Source: Escherichia phage vB_EcoM_EP32a. Taken from it: a DNA stretch of 64,000 nt. The translations under genes and the position numbers were made by a program. Shown piece after piece: positions 50,121 to 59,108 of this stretch. The DNA is taken from the sequence record OR544954; one strand, given 5' to 3'. Under the pieces are notes generated by a model. The model saw nothing but the letters and a program-made list of their open reading frames with translations. It did no database searches and was not told the origin of the DNA. Positions within the stretch are counted from its first letter, which is position 1. Each line of letters begins with the position of its first letter.

Positions 50121-50453
50121 ATGTCTGAAGTACAACTCCCAATTCGTGCTGTTGGTGAATATGTCATTCTGGTTTCTGAACCCGCTCAAGCAGGTGATGA
50201 AGAAGTTACCGAATCAGGACTTGTGATTGGTAAACGTGTTCAAGGTGAAGTTCCTGAACTATGTGTAGTTCATTCTGTAGGTCCTGATGTTCCTGAAGGT
50301 TTTGTTGAAGTCGGTGATTTGACTCCACTACCAGTTGGACAAATTCGAAATGTTCCACATCCATTTGTGGCTTTGGGACTTAAACAACCTAAAGAAATTA
50401 AACAGAAATTCGTAACATGCCACTATAAAGCTATTCCGTGTCTTTATAAGTGA
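50121..50453 (+). CDS. 31: co-chaperonin gp31 (GroES-like)
   Basis: 110 aa; near-identical to recalled T4 gp31 ([34 protein letters not shown]...). Confidence 0.9.
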   Translation: MSEVQLPIRAVGEYVILVSEPAQAGDEEVTESGLVIGKRVQGEVPELCVVHSVGPDVPEGFVEVGDLTPLPVGQIRNVPHPFVALGLKQPKEIKQKFVTCHYKAIPCLYK

Positions 50454-50461
50454 TATAAATA
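50454..50461 (+). promoter_or_regulatory. candidate late promoter TATAAATA downstream of gene 31
   Basis: Exact TATAAATA starting 1 nt after gp31 stop; next ORF is 117 nt downstream. Confidence 0.35.
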
Positions 50462-50577
50462 ACTATATGAAGAGAACACTCTTCTAAGCGGTAGCCTACA
50501 ACTGAGAGACTTGTCGAAAGAAGGTGAAATTCAGACGAACGTGGCTACTAAATATTATCTCGAATTGAGAATTTAAA

Positions 50578-50826
50578 ATGATTAAACAATTACAACACGC
50601 TCTTGAACTGCAACGAAACGCATGGAATAACGGTCACGAAAACTACGGCGCGTCGATTGATGTTGAAGCCGAAGCACTTGAAATCCTGCATTATTTCAAA
50701 CATCTGAACCCGGTACAGGCAGCTTTGGCCTCTGAACTGGAAGCAAAAGATGAACTGAAATATGCTAAGCCTTTGGCTTCTGCAGCTCGTAAAGCAGTAC
50801 GTCATTTTGTTATTACCCTTAAATAA
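50578..50826 (+). CDS. hypothetical protein (82 aa)
   Basis: ORF followed by about 300 bp of non-coding sequence. Confidence 0.45.
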   Translation: MIKQLQHALELQRNAWNNGHENYGASIDVEAEALEILHYFKHLNPVQAALASELEAKDELKYAKPLASAARKAVRHFVITLK

Positions 50827-51123
50827 GTTTTAGGTGATTCGCTACCTTAAGTGCGGCTAGAAAATCGAGGAGCCGTCGAACTGTCTGATTAATGATTTGC
50901 GAATCATTATAGTTTTAAGACCCCGGCAGTTTTACGGTGTACCTCTTGAATGTATTTTGTACTATCACGCGTCAGAAAAAGGTTATCTGTCTAAGTCGTG
51001 GTTGGTATGATGACGGGTTTATGGTTATCCTGTCGTTAAATATCCAAAACCTATGTTCCCCTTTGAGGGCTTTCGCAGGCAATGTCAATAAGTCCTGCAT
51101 TTTCATTTAAAAGAGAATTTATA

Positions 51124-51303
51124 ATGGCAAAACAAGCTAAAGCAAAGAAAGCAGTTGAAAAGAAAGTTGATGGTACCTCTAAACGCGCTGGATACAAGCG
51201 TGGGTCGAACTCTCGTATTAATCAAACAGTTGAGAAGATCATGCGCAGAGCACGTGCAGTTCTTCGAGATGATGCTTCTCGTTTTGGAAAGGTTGTTGCA
51301 TAA
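51124..51303 (+). CDS. hypothetical small basic protein (59 aa; start uncertain)
   Basis: Lys/Arg-rich ORF; alternative in-frame ATG at 51082; followed by hairpin terminator. Confidence 0.4.
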   Translation: MAKQAKAKKAVEKKVDGTSKRAGYKRGSNSRINQTVEKIMRRARAVLRDDASRFGKVVA

Positions 51304-51308
51304 TTTTA

Positions 51309-51332
51309 GGGAGACTTCGGTCTCCCTTTTGT
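51309..51332 (+). terminator. intrinsic terminator
   Basis: GGGAGAC-TTCG-GTCTCCC followed by TTTT; identical hairpin to the one at 36309. Confidence 0.75.
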
Positions 51333-51362
51333 GCGTTTAGGGCAGAAAAAGTTTAAAAAGAT

Positions 51363-51391
51363 GTTTACTCTCCTGTAGGATGTGTTACTAT
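51363..51391 (+). promoter_or_regulatory. T4-type early promoter (GTTTAC-N17-TACTAT)
   Basis: -35/-10 pair upstream of ORF 51434. Confidence 0.5.
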
Positions 51392-51433
51392 AGACTTGTA
51401 CCATCTAATCAATAAAACAACCTGGAGAACAAA

Positions 51434-51802
51434 ATGAAAATCAATCTGAACTCATACATCAAATGTAAAGACCACGATGGTTATAAAGCTATCGAAATTA
51501 AAGAATTCCAGTGGATGTTATACAAAGAGCAATTTGAGTTCGTAGGTTGTATGACCCCTGAAGGTCCTTCTGATGATTTCTCTTGGAAAATTGTGTTAGC
51601 AAACTTTTTCACAGGTGACACATACGAATTAAAAACTATTATTACCGGTAAAATTCGTTCAGAAACATATGTTGACGAAGAAACTGGTTACTCTGAAGAT
51701 GTTACATGGTATCAAAATGGACGCATTACAGCAGATAACCTGATCGAAAAAATGAAAGCCAAAGGTGTTTTAAATTTAGACAATTGGATTAAAGTTGCAT
51801 AA
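51434..51802 (+). CDS. hypothetical protein (122 aa), CMTP-motif paralog 1
   Basis: Shares a C-x-E-x3-CMTP segment and similar length with ORF 51877. Confidence 0.5.
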   Translation: MKINLNSYIKCKDHDGYKAIEIKEFQWMLYKEQFEFVGCMTPEGPSDDFSWKIVLANFFTGDTYELKTIITGKIRSETYVDEETGYSEDVTWYQNGRITADNLIEKMKAKGVLNLDNWIKVA

Positions 51803-51806
51803 AACA

Positions 51807-51835
51807 GTTTACTTTGGTACAGGTTATGTTATTAT
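51807..51835 (+). promoter_or_regulatory. T4-type early promoter with inverted repeat (PeSL-like)
   Basis: GTTTAC-N17-TATTAT; ACAGGT / ACCTGT inverted repeat. Confidence 0.5.
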
Positions 51836-51876
51836 AGACCTGTATCAACAAACAACCTAAACATCTGGAGAATAAA

Positions 51877-52242
51877 ATGAACTACATCAACTTCGAACGT
51901 AAATATGTTTCTAATGGTATCGCTGGTTCTTCTGAAGTTATTTGCTTATGGAAACACGAAAACGGTACAGTTTGTGAAATCGAACAGTGCATGACTCCTA
52001 ATTACGTTTATATGCGATTTGAAAATGGCATCACGGTTTCAATCACGATGGAAGGTTCCAACTTCAAAATTGCATTAGATGATGATTTCCGTCAACGTGA
52101 TTTAGGTACTCATCCTTGCTGGAATGGTGTTAATCGTAAACTTCTGGTTAAAACTTGGATTCGTCATATCCTGAGTAACCGAGCTAAACCTGAACATCTC
52201 GAAGCAATCTTTGATGTAGTTCTTAACGAATTCGATATCTAA
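51877..52242 (+). CDS. hypothetical protein (121 aa), CMTP-motif paralog 2
   Basis: Tandem to ORF 51434 with its own promoter cassette. Confidence 0.5.
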   Translation: MNYINFERKYVSNGIAGSSEVICLWKHENGTVCEIEQCMTPNYVYMRFENGITVSITMEGSNFKIALDDDFRQRDLGTHPCWNGVNRKLLVKTWIRHILSNRAKPEHLEAIFDVVLNEFDI

Positions 52243-52249
52243 TTTAACT

Positions 52250-52265
52250 GGGAGCTTCGGCTCCC
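52250..52265 (+). other. GGGAGC-TTCG-GCTCCC stem-loop without U-tract, immediately 5' of an SD
   Basis: Same hairpin as terminator 21891 but followed by ACTGAGGAAATTATG. Confidence 0.4.
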
Positions 52266-52277
52266 ACTGAGGAAATT

Positions 52278-52892
52278 ATGTTTAAAGTTAATACTTTTTA
52301 TAAAATGAATTTTAAAAATGGGGATATTACTCCACGCCTTAAAAACATGTTCTCATATGATCTTATCGAGCCTTTTGAAGTTTTAGAAGTTACTGATGCT
52401 GGCTCGGTTTGTGAAATTAGAACGTCTGAAGGTAAAATTTATCAGGCAGGTGTTGGTAAATTCAGACATTGTTTTACTTTAATATTCTCGACCGATTTAG
52501 ATGAGCATTTTATTGAATGTCCTAACCCTAAGGTCCATGAAGTTCCACATCAAGAAACTAAGAAAAATGGCCCACACGAATATACGAAGGTTGAAACTCC
52601 TCACGGCGTGATGTGGCGTCATAACTCTCCTTTTGGAAGTAAAGGAACATTTGCTCAACTGCCTAAACCTTATGACGATGAAAAATATGTAGTAGTCCTT
52701 TTATCTGAACAGGGTACTCAAGACCGTGGATGCCAGCGTTCTGGTTTACTAAGTGAACTTGAAGCTCATAACCAAGCACGTGAATTCGTTGAGAAAAATC
52801 CTGGCTCTGAAGCTCTAGTCATGAAAGCAATTACTCAATATATCACTGCTCAACCTGTTGTTCATCCGGTAGAAATTAATTTCATTAAGTAG
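52278..52892 (+). CDS. hypothetical protein (204 aa)
   Basis: ORF with SD GAGGAAA. Confidence 0.5.
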   Translation: MFKVNTFYKMNFKNGDITPRLKNMFSYDLIEPFEVLEVTDAGSVCEIRTSEGKIYQAGVGKFRHCFTLIFSTDLDEHFIECPNPKVHEVPHQETKKNGPHEYTKVETPHGVMWRHNSPFGSKGTFAQLPKPYDDEKYVVVLLSEQGTQDRGCQRSGLLSELEAHNQAREFVEKNPGSEALVMKAITQYITAQPVVHPVEINFIK

Positions 52893-52922
52893 TTTACATC
52901 CAAGGACGGATTAGAGTATAAT
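52892..52922 (+). promoter_or_regulatory. T4-type early promoter (GTTTAC-N19-TATAAT)
   Basis: -35/-10 pair upstream of ORF 52947. Confidence 0.5.
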
Positions 52923-52946
52923 GATTTCTTTAGTAAGTGGAAAAAT

Positions 52947-53144
52947 ATGAAATTTTTAATAGCACAAACAGTCCAATTAAAAGGTGTTGGAATTCCTGGG
53001 GTGATTTTTAAAGTTCTCCCTGAATTTAAAACCGCCGCTGGAATTATCAATGAAGCGTATGCTGTTCAATGGGTTGATTGGACTTCTGACATACGTATGG
53101 GTAAAGAGTTATCTCCTATTAAAGGGTTGAAACATGTTGAATAA
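52947..53144 (+). CDS. hypothetical protein (65 aa)
   Basis: Small ORF behind a promoter cassette. Confidence 0.45.
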   Translation: MKFLIAQTVQLKGVGIPGVIFKVLPEFKTAAGIINEAYAVQWVDWTSDIRMGKELSPIKGLKHVE

Positions 53145-53352
53145 ATTAATCCAGAAATTGTTTGGTACGGAAATGATTGAAGTTACTTATCGTGTAACCG
53201 ACGTTTTTCCATATTACGCGGAAAACCGTTTAGAACCATACGTTACGTCAATTAAAATGCCTAAAAATGACAGAAATTTATCTATCGAAGACCGTATACC
53301 TGGATACGGACATTGGGCTGATGTTGAAATTATAAGTGTTAAAGATGTCTGA
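53134..53352 (+). CDS. hypothetical protein (72 aa)
   Basis: Overlapping small ORF. Confidence 0.45.
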   Translation: MLNKLIQKLFGTEMIEVTYRVTDVFPYYAENRLEPYVTSIKMPKNDRNLSIEDRIPGYGHWADVEIISVKDV

Positions 53353-53803
53353 ATTAGAAATAAGAAGTAATTTCAAATGGCCGTCATGTGCATTAAGTAA
53401 CTTTGCTCAATGGCCTTTTGTTATGGATGGTATTCAATTCGGAGGTCTTGAAGGATTTCTCCAAGGATGTAAGGTGAAAAATGTTGAACAACAAAGACGT
53501 ATATTTGGGTTGTCTGGATTGGCTGCACAGCAAGCTGGAAGGTCTTACGCAAGAGCTCAGGACCGTGGGACTCTCTTCTGGTTAGGAGTTCCATTTTCAA
53601 GATACTCTGAAGCGTGGAAAGAATTATACACAAATGCATATTTTGAAGCCGCGATCCAAAACAAGGGGTTTCGCGATGCCTTACAAGCCTCTAAAGGAAA
53701 AATTTTGAAGCACAGCATGGCCAGCCACCTAACAAAAGATGATACAATATTAACCGAAGCCGAATTTATTGATGTGTTAAACCTATTAAGAGACTCTTTA
53801 TGA
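53345..53803 (+). CDS. NADAR/YbiA-like (DUF1768) domain protein
   Basis: 152 aa from ATG 53345; LSNFAQWPFVMDGIQFGGLEGFLQGCKV resembles recalled E. coli YbiA FSNFAAWPIKVDGKTWPTSEHYFQAQKF. Confidence 0.5.
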   Translation: MSELEIRSNFKWPSCALSNFAQWPFVMDGIQFGGLEGFLQGCKVKNVEQQRRIFGLSGLAAQQAGRSYARAQDRGTLFWLGVPFSRYSEAWKELYTNAYFEAAIQNKGFRDALQASKGKILKHSMASHLTKDDTILTEAEFIDVLNLLRDSL

Positions 53804-54624
53804 AGCCTACTATTTTGACTGATATTGATGGTGTATGTTTAAGCTGGCAATCTGGACTTCCTTATTTTGCCCAAAAATATAATCTTCCATTAGAACATAT
53901 TTTAAAAATGATTCAGGACGAAAAATTTATTTCTCCTGGTAAACTGTTCAATACCGACGATAACCTTGGTAAACAATTAATAGAAAAATATAATAGCTCT
54001 GATTTTATTCGTTACTTAGCGCCTTATTCGGATGCTCTTCGAGTTATCAATAAACTAAAAGAAGACTATAATTTTGTAGCCGTGACGGCGCTAGGTGATT
54101 CAATTGATGCTCGATTGAATAGACAATTTAATTTGAATGCTTTGTTCCCAGGCGCTTTCTCTGAAGTAATGATGTGTGGTCATGATTCTTCAAAAGAACA
54201 ATTATTTGAACTAGCTAAAACAAAATATAACGTGATTTGTTACGTTGACGATTTAGCTCATCACTGTGACCATGCAGCAGAAATTCTTAATGTACCGATT
54301 TATTGGTTGGCTCGTGGTGAACGTGATGCCATTCCTCGTACTGCACAACGTGTACACACGTGGGATGATATTGAATCTCGTTTGGTTCCACCCGAGCATA
54401 ATTCAGATTCAGATCGTGAAGACCTTTTAAAACGATTGGCGGATTTGCTTAAAGAATCTGGTGCAACAAGTCCAGGTGCATGGCCTAATCAAATTGGTGG
54501 CCCCTCGACAACACGTACTCCATATACCTGGCGAACCCCAGGACCAACTGATATGCAGCCGTGGTGGACGATTCAAAACTTTCCTTTAGATTCGTCTAAA
54601 TGGACTTGGTCTATAAATTGTTAA
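53800..54624 (+). CDS. HAD-like phosphatase/nucleotidase-family protein with atypical Trp/Pro-rich C-terminal tail
   Basis: N-terminal DxDGV motif (LTDIDGV); last ~55 aa compositionally unusual. Confidence 0.45.
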   Translation: MKPTILTDIDGVCLSWQSGLPYFAQKYNLPLEHILKMIQDEKFISPGKLFNTDDNLGKQLIEKYNSSDFIRYLAPYSDALRVINKLKEDYNFVAVTALGDSIDARLNRQFNLNALFPGAFSEVMMCGHDSSKEQLFELAKTKYNVICYVDDLAHHCDHAAEILNVPIYWLARGERDAIPRTAQRVHTWDDIESRLVPPEHNSDSDREDLLKRLADLLKESGATSPGAWPNQIGGPSTTRTPYTWRTPGPTDMQPWWTIQNFPLDSSKWTWSINC

Positions 54625-54633
54625 GGGTTAATT

Positions 54634-54903
54634 ATGTTTGTAGTTCATGATATTACAGATGGCAAAAATACCACACGTGACTACGGTCACGTTAACATGT
54701 TCTTTCGAGACTGGCCATTGTTTCGTTCAGTAAAAGACGCAGAAATATTTAAAGAGTGTGTTGAACAAGGGTTCATCTACATTTCAGAATACTATGTTGA
54801 AGGACTCGGTAAATGGATTACCACTTATCAGAAAACGCTGAAATCGCTTCTAGATGAAGTGGCTTATAATAGAACCGTAACCAAAATCGAGGACATCAAA
54901 TGA
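54634..54903 (+). CDS. hypothetical protein (89 aa)
   Basis: ORF immediately upstream of the ligase gene. Confidence 0.45.
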   Translation: MFVVHDITDGKNTTRDYGHVNMFFRDWPLFRSVKDAEIFKECVEQGFIYISEYYVEGLGKWITTYQKTLKSLLDEVAYNRTVTKIEDIK

Positions 54904-56393
54904 TTTTAGATATTTTAAACCAAATAGCTGCGATCGGTTCTACTAAAACAAAACAGGAAATCCTTAAGAAAAATAAGGACAACAAATTACTTGAACGTGT
55001 GTATCGTTTAACATATGCACGTGGTATCCAGTATTATATTAAGAAATGGCCAGGACCAGGTGAAAGGTCTCAAGCGTATGGTCTTCTTGAATTAGATGAC
55101 ATGTTGGATTTTATTGAGTTCACATTAGCCACTCGTAAACTCACTGGTAATGCTGCAATTAAAGAGCTCATGGGTTATATCGCTGACGGTAAACCTGATG
55201 ATGTAGAAGTCCTTCGTCGTGTAATGATGCGCGACCTTGAAGTAGGTGCTTCAGTGTCTATCGCGAATAAGGTGTGGCCTGGACTTATTCAATTGCAACC
55301 ACAGATGTTAGCATCTGCATATGACGAGAAATTGATTACTAAAAATATTAAATGGCCTGCATTTGCTCAATTAAAGGCCGATGGTGCTCGTTGTTTCGCT
55401 GAAGTTCGCGATGATGGTGTTCAATTCTTTTCTCGTGCTGGTAATGAATATCATGGTCTTACTCTATTAGCGGATGAACTAATGGAAATGACTAAAGAAG
55501 CTCGTGAAAGACACCCTAATGGGGTTTTAATCGACGGTGAATTAGTTTATCATTCATTTGATATTAAAAAGGCTGTGAGCTCAGGAAATGACCTGTCGTT
55601 CTTATTTGGTGATAATGAAGAATCCGAAGAAGTACAAGTTGCGGACCGTAGCACTTCAAACGGTTTAGCAAATAAATCTCTTCAAGGGACTATTTCTCCT
55701 AAAGAAGCTGAAGGTATGGTTCTTCAAGCCTGGGACTATGTTCCTTTAGATGAAGTCTATTCTGATGGCAAAATTAAAGGTCAGAAATACGATGTTCGTT
55801 TTGCTGCTCTTGAAAATATGGCTGAAGGCTTTAAACGAATTGAGCCAATTGAAAATCAGTTAGTTCGTAATCTTGACGAAGCTAAAGTGGTTTATAAAAA
55901 ATATGTTGACCAAGGTCTTGAAGGTATTATCCTTAAAAACCGTGATTCATATTGGGAAAACAAACGTTCTAAGAACCTAATTAAATTTAAAGAAGTTATT
56001 GATATCGCTTTAGAAGTTGTAGGATACTATGAACACTCTAAAGACCCTAACAAATTAGGTGGTGTCGAACTCGTATCACGTTGTCGTCGTATTACAACCG
56101 ATTGTGGTTCAGGGTTTAAAGATACAACTCATAAAACAGTTGATGGTGTAAAGGTTCTTATTCCTTTAGATGAGCGACATGATTTGGACCGTGAACGATT
56201 AATGTCCGAAGCTCGTGAAGGTAAATTGATTGGACGTATTGCTGATTGTGAATGCAATGGTTGGGTTCATTCTAAAGGACGTGAAGGCACTGTAGGTATT
56301 TTCCTCCCAATTATTAAAGGGTTCCGTTTTGATAAAACAGAAGCGGATTCGTTTGAAGACGTATTTGGACCGTGGTCCCAGACAGGTTTATAA
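54900..56393 (+). CDS. 30: ATP-dependent DNA ligase gp30
   Basis: 497 aa; ligase motif I KADGAR; size close to T4 gp30. Confidence 0.9.
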   Translation: MILDILNQIAAIGSTKTKQEILKKNKDNKLLERVYRLTYARGIQYYIKKWPGPGERSQAYGLLELDDMLDFIEFTLATRKLTGNAAIKELMGYIADGKPDDVEVLRRVMMRDLEVGASVSIANKVWPGLIQLQPQMLASAYDEKLITKNIKWPAFAQLKADGARCFAEVRDDGVQFFSRAGNEYHGLTLLADELMEMTKEARERHPNGVLIDGELVYHSFDIKKAVSSGNDLSFLFGDNEESEEVQVADRSTSNGLANKSLQGTISPKEAEGMVLQAWDYVPLDEVYSDGKIKGQKYDVRFAALENMAEGFKRIEPIENQLVRNLDEAKVVYKKYVDQGLEGIILKNRDSYWENKRSKNLIKFKEVIDIALEVVGYYEHSKDPNKLGGVELVSRCRRITTDCGSGFKDTTHKTVDGVKVLIPLDERHDLDRERLMSEAREGKLIGRIADCECNGWVHSKGREGTVGIFLPIIKGFRFDKTEADSFEDVFGPWSQTGL

Positions 56394-56581
56394 TGAAAGC
56401 TTATTTAGAAACAGTTATTGTAGCTAAGAAGGATGGTGGAGATGTTTCCACCTCTTGCTCTCAGATTATATTAGATTTTCCTAATAACGATTCCTATCAT
56501 ATTTTTATGGACAATTTCGATAAGTACGAAAAAGGCTCTAATTTTGAAGTTTATCGTACTTTGCTTCCGATTGTGGATTAA
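56393..56581 (+). CDS. hypothetical protein (62 aa)
   Basis: TAATG-coupled to ligase; ends at hairpin terminator. Confidence 0.45.
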   Translation: MKAYLETVIVAKKDGGDVSTSCSQIILDFPNNDSYHIFMDNFDKYEKGSNFEVYRTLLPIVD

Positions 56582-56601
56582 GAGCCTTCGGGCTCTTTTT
56601 G
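56581..56601 (+). terminator. intrinsic terminator
   Basis: AGAGCC-TTCG-GGCTCT hairpin followed by TTTTT. Confidence 0.7.
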
Positions 56602-56608
56602 GCATAAA

Positions 56609-56616
56609 TATAAATT
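56609..56616 (+). promoter_or_regulatory. candidate late promoter (TATAAATT variant) upstream of alt
   Basis: 7/8 match to TATAAATA 20 nt upstream of alt ATG. Confidence 0.35.
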
Positions 56617-56636
56617 ATTACTAAAAGGAAAACACT

Positions 56637-58724
56637 ATGTCTGAACAATTAAATGAAGTGTTTGAATCTGAAGGCAGTCTTCCTGTCGTCAATTTGAACC
56701 CTAAAGCTAAAGTTCCACAAGTCTGGAAAATTGGTGATATCGATACAAATATTGTAGTTCGTTTATTCTCTTACCTTTCCGAAGGCGATGCTGTAAAACA
56801 AGTTAAACTCGGCGACAAATACGCTCATGTTGTTATTATGAGTCTGTCTGAAAAGGGTAATCTAGCTGAATTGAAAAATGGCCTTGGTCCTGCTCCTATT
56901 GATGCAATCAACACTATTTTCAATACAGTATATGAACAGGTTAAAGCTCTTCGTATGGATGCAGTTCTGTTCCGATTCCCTACCAAGAAATTGAAAGGAC
57001 GTGGACAACAGCTTCAAACTCTTCTTGCTCGTTTAGTTTCTACTAAAACCGGTGGTCGTTTTAAAGTATTGTCGGCAATGTATCAATTCACAGGTAAACA
57101 CACCTATGTGATGATGGTTCGTAAAAATGCCAACATTGAAGATATTAAAGGCATCCCTAACATTAACACAGAGTTGTACACGAAAGTAGATTCTGATGTT
57201 GGCGAAGTTTACGTGAGTAAAAAGACCGGCGAAACGGTCACCAAAGAAACGGCTATCGCTGGTTCTATTGCTGCTGTAGAAGAAAAACGTAAAGATAAGC
57301 CTGTTATTGCTCGTACTAAAATTTCTCGTCGTGCTATTGCAGCAAGTCAATCTTTAGAAGCTGACCGCCAAGAAGGTGAGGTATTCCAGAAATACGAAAA
57401 TTCTGCTAAAGAAGTTAGTGGCCCGGCTACAGCCGAATTACTTCCTGAAGCATATGAAATCGTACTAGCCCAAGCATCATCCACAGCAAAAGGCACTTTA
57501 GTTGCTGATATCGAAAATAAGATTTATAATCGTATTGATGAATCCTTTAGATTTGCTGATGAAGTTTCTTATGGTAGTGTTATTAAGCCAACTTTAGAAA
57601 AGTTTGCTAAGAAAATTAAAACTGAAAAAACAACATCTGTTAAAGCATTAGCTGCTTTTGTTGAAGCTGCAAACGAAATTGCGGACTCTATTAAAGACGA
57701 ATGGTTTGAAGATTTTAGACGTGATAATTTCCAACTGGCTGATGACGTTTTAGCTGAAGTATCTGAAAAAACTTGGAAACAACGTAAATCAGCGTTCTTG
57801 TCTAATGTGATGTATACTTATGCACGAGAATCGGCTAGAGGCACCTTTAATATAACAATGAATCGGGACCCTAAACAATACTCTGTTGCTGAAAAACGAG
57901 CTATTCGCGAATATGCCTCTTCTGCGTATACCGATATCAATAATATGTTGTTAGGTCGTTATAAACCAGATTTTTACGATGTTGCAGATGAAGACGAAGT
58001 TAAACGCGCTATTGATGGTCTTGATTCGGCGTTTTTAAATGGAGACCGTTTACCTGAAGGACTAACGTTATATAGAGCTCAGTCTATCAGAATGCCTATT
58101 TACGAAGCAATGGTTAAAAATAAGGTATTCTACTTCAGAAACTATGTTTCCACTTCACTAGCTCCTATTATTTTCGGTGGGTTTAAAGAGAACGTTGCCC
58201 TTGGACTTGCTCCTGAAGAAGTTCGCAAAGAGCTTAACATTGACAATAATGACGAAGGTGTTACTATTTCTCCTAGTCTGGCAAGTACAGCTATGCATGC
58301 ACCAGAACAAATCCGTGTTAACGTTGGATGGGCTATTGATGGCGCCCATAAAGTTAACGTGATTTATCCGGGACAGTTGAGTAATCACCCTAATGAGCAA
58401 GAAATTATTTTGCCTAGAGGCATTCTCTTGCAGATAAATAAAATTACAGATGCGTCATCTGACACTGGTGCAGGTTTAGAATCCAACCTTAAATTTATTC
58501 AAGCTGAAGTCATGTCCTCGGACCAGTTGGACGAAGCTGTCATTTACGATGGTGATGTTCTCATGGAAACAGGCGAGGTAGTTGCTATGACGGGTGAAAT
58601 CAAATCAGATGAGCCGGTATCTTTTGCCTCATTTGTAGAAAAAACTAGTGCTCCTAAAGGATTGAAATTGTTAGCATCTTTAATGGATTTAGAATCAGTT
58701 CCGTTTAAATTTGTCCAAGGATAG
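56637..58724 (+). CDS. alt: ADP-ribosyltransferase Alt (virion-packaged)
   Basis: 695 aa; R-S-ExE triad LYRA, VSTSL, EQEIILP in C-terminal half; size as T4 Alt. Confidence 0.8.
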   Translation: MSEQLNEVFESEGSLPVVNLNPKAKVPQVWKIGDIDTNIVVRLFSYLSEGDAVKQVKLGDKYAHVVIMSLSEKGNLAELKNGLGPAPIDAINTIFNTVYEQVKALRMDAVLFRFPTKKLKGRGQQLQTLLARLVSTKTGGRFKVLSAMYQFTGKHTYVMMVRKNANIEDIKGIPNINTELYTKVDSDVGEVYVSKKTGETVTKETAIAGSIAAVEEKRKDKPVIARTKISRRAIAASQSLEADRQEGEVFQKYENSAKEVSGPATAELLPEAYEIVLAQASSTAKGTLVADIENKIYNRIDESFRFADEVSYGSVIKPTLEKFAKKIKTEKTTSVKALAAFVEAANEIADSIKDEWFEDFRRDNFQLADDVLAEVSEKTWKQRKSAFLSNVMYTYARESARGTFNITMNRDPKQYSVAEKRAIREYASSAYTDINNMLLGRYKPDFYDVADEDEVKRAIDGLDSAFLNGDRLPEGLTLYRAQSIRMPIYEAMVKNKVFYFRNYVSTSLAPIIFGGFKENVALGLAPEEVRKELNIDNNDEGVTISPSLASTAMHAPEQIRVNVGWAIDGAHKVNVIYPGQLSNHPNEQEIILPRGILLQINKITDASSDTGAGLESNLKFIQAEVMSSDQLDEAVIYDGDVLMETGEVVAMTGEIKSDEPVSFASFVEKTSAPKGLKLLASLMDLESVPFKFVQG

Positions 58725-58753
58725 TTTACAAACACATGGATGTGTGATACTAT
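58724..58753 (+). promoter_or_regulatory. T4-type early promoter (GTTTAC-N18-TACTAT)
   Basis: -35/-10 pair overlapping the alt 3' end; CAACAACATGAGGAAA leader. Confidence 0.5.
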
Positions 58754-58782
58754 CATCCCATCAACAACATGAGGAAAACGTT

Positions 58783-59076
58783 ATGAAATCTATGCTTCGC
58801 TTTAATGGTCAAGAACTAGTAGTTGAAGATGCTATCCCAGCGGATGATGTTTTTAACGAAGCTGTGATTGACGAATTGAATCGAGTATTCCCAGGTGCAT
58901 TCCATATTGCTATGGAACCTCTTAAAAACTTTCGTGACCCTGAGCACACTGATCAAATTTTTATCGGTGTAGTGACAGGTCATTTAGAAACAGAGGTACC
59001 AATGGTCGTATTAGTTAAATACTCTAAAGATGATACTCCATTCCGAGCACCAGCATTCCTTTCATTCCGTAAATAA
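58783..59076 (+). CDS. hypothetical protein (97 aa)
   Basis: ATG at 58783 with SD GAGGAAA. Confidence 0.5.
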   Translation: MKSMLRFNGQELVVEDAIPADDVFNEAVIDELNRVFPGAFHIAMEPLKNFRDPEHTDQIFIGVVTGHLETEVPMVVLVKYSKDDTPFRAPAFLSFRK

Positions 59077-59085
59077 ACCCCTAAA

Positions 59086-59107
59086 GGGAGACGTTGTCTC
59101 CCTTTTT
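59086..59107. terminator. hairpin terminator between convergent genes (bidirectional candidate)
   Basis: GGGAGAC-GTTG-GTCTCCC followed by TTTTT on plus strand; lies between ORF 58783 (+) and gene 54 (-). Confidence 0.65.
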
Positions 59108-59108
59108 C

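Noticed and set aside
50827-51123. tRNA gene in the long non-coding interval
   Set aside because: No acceptor stem, T-loop (GTTCRANYC) or anticodon arm could be assembled by eye; left as an unexplained non-coding region
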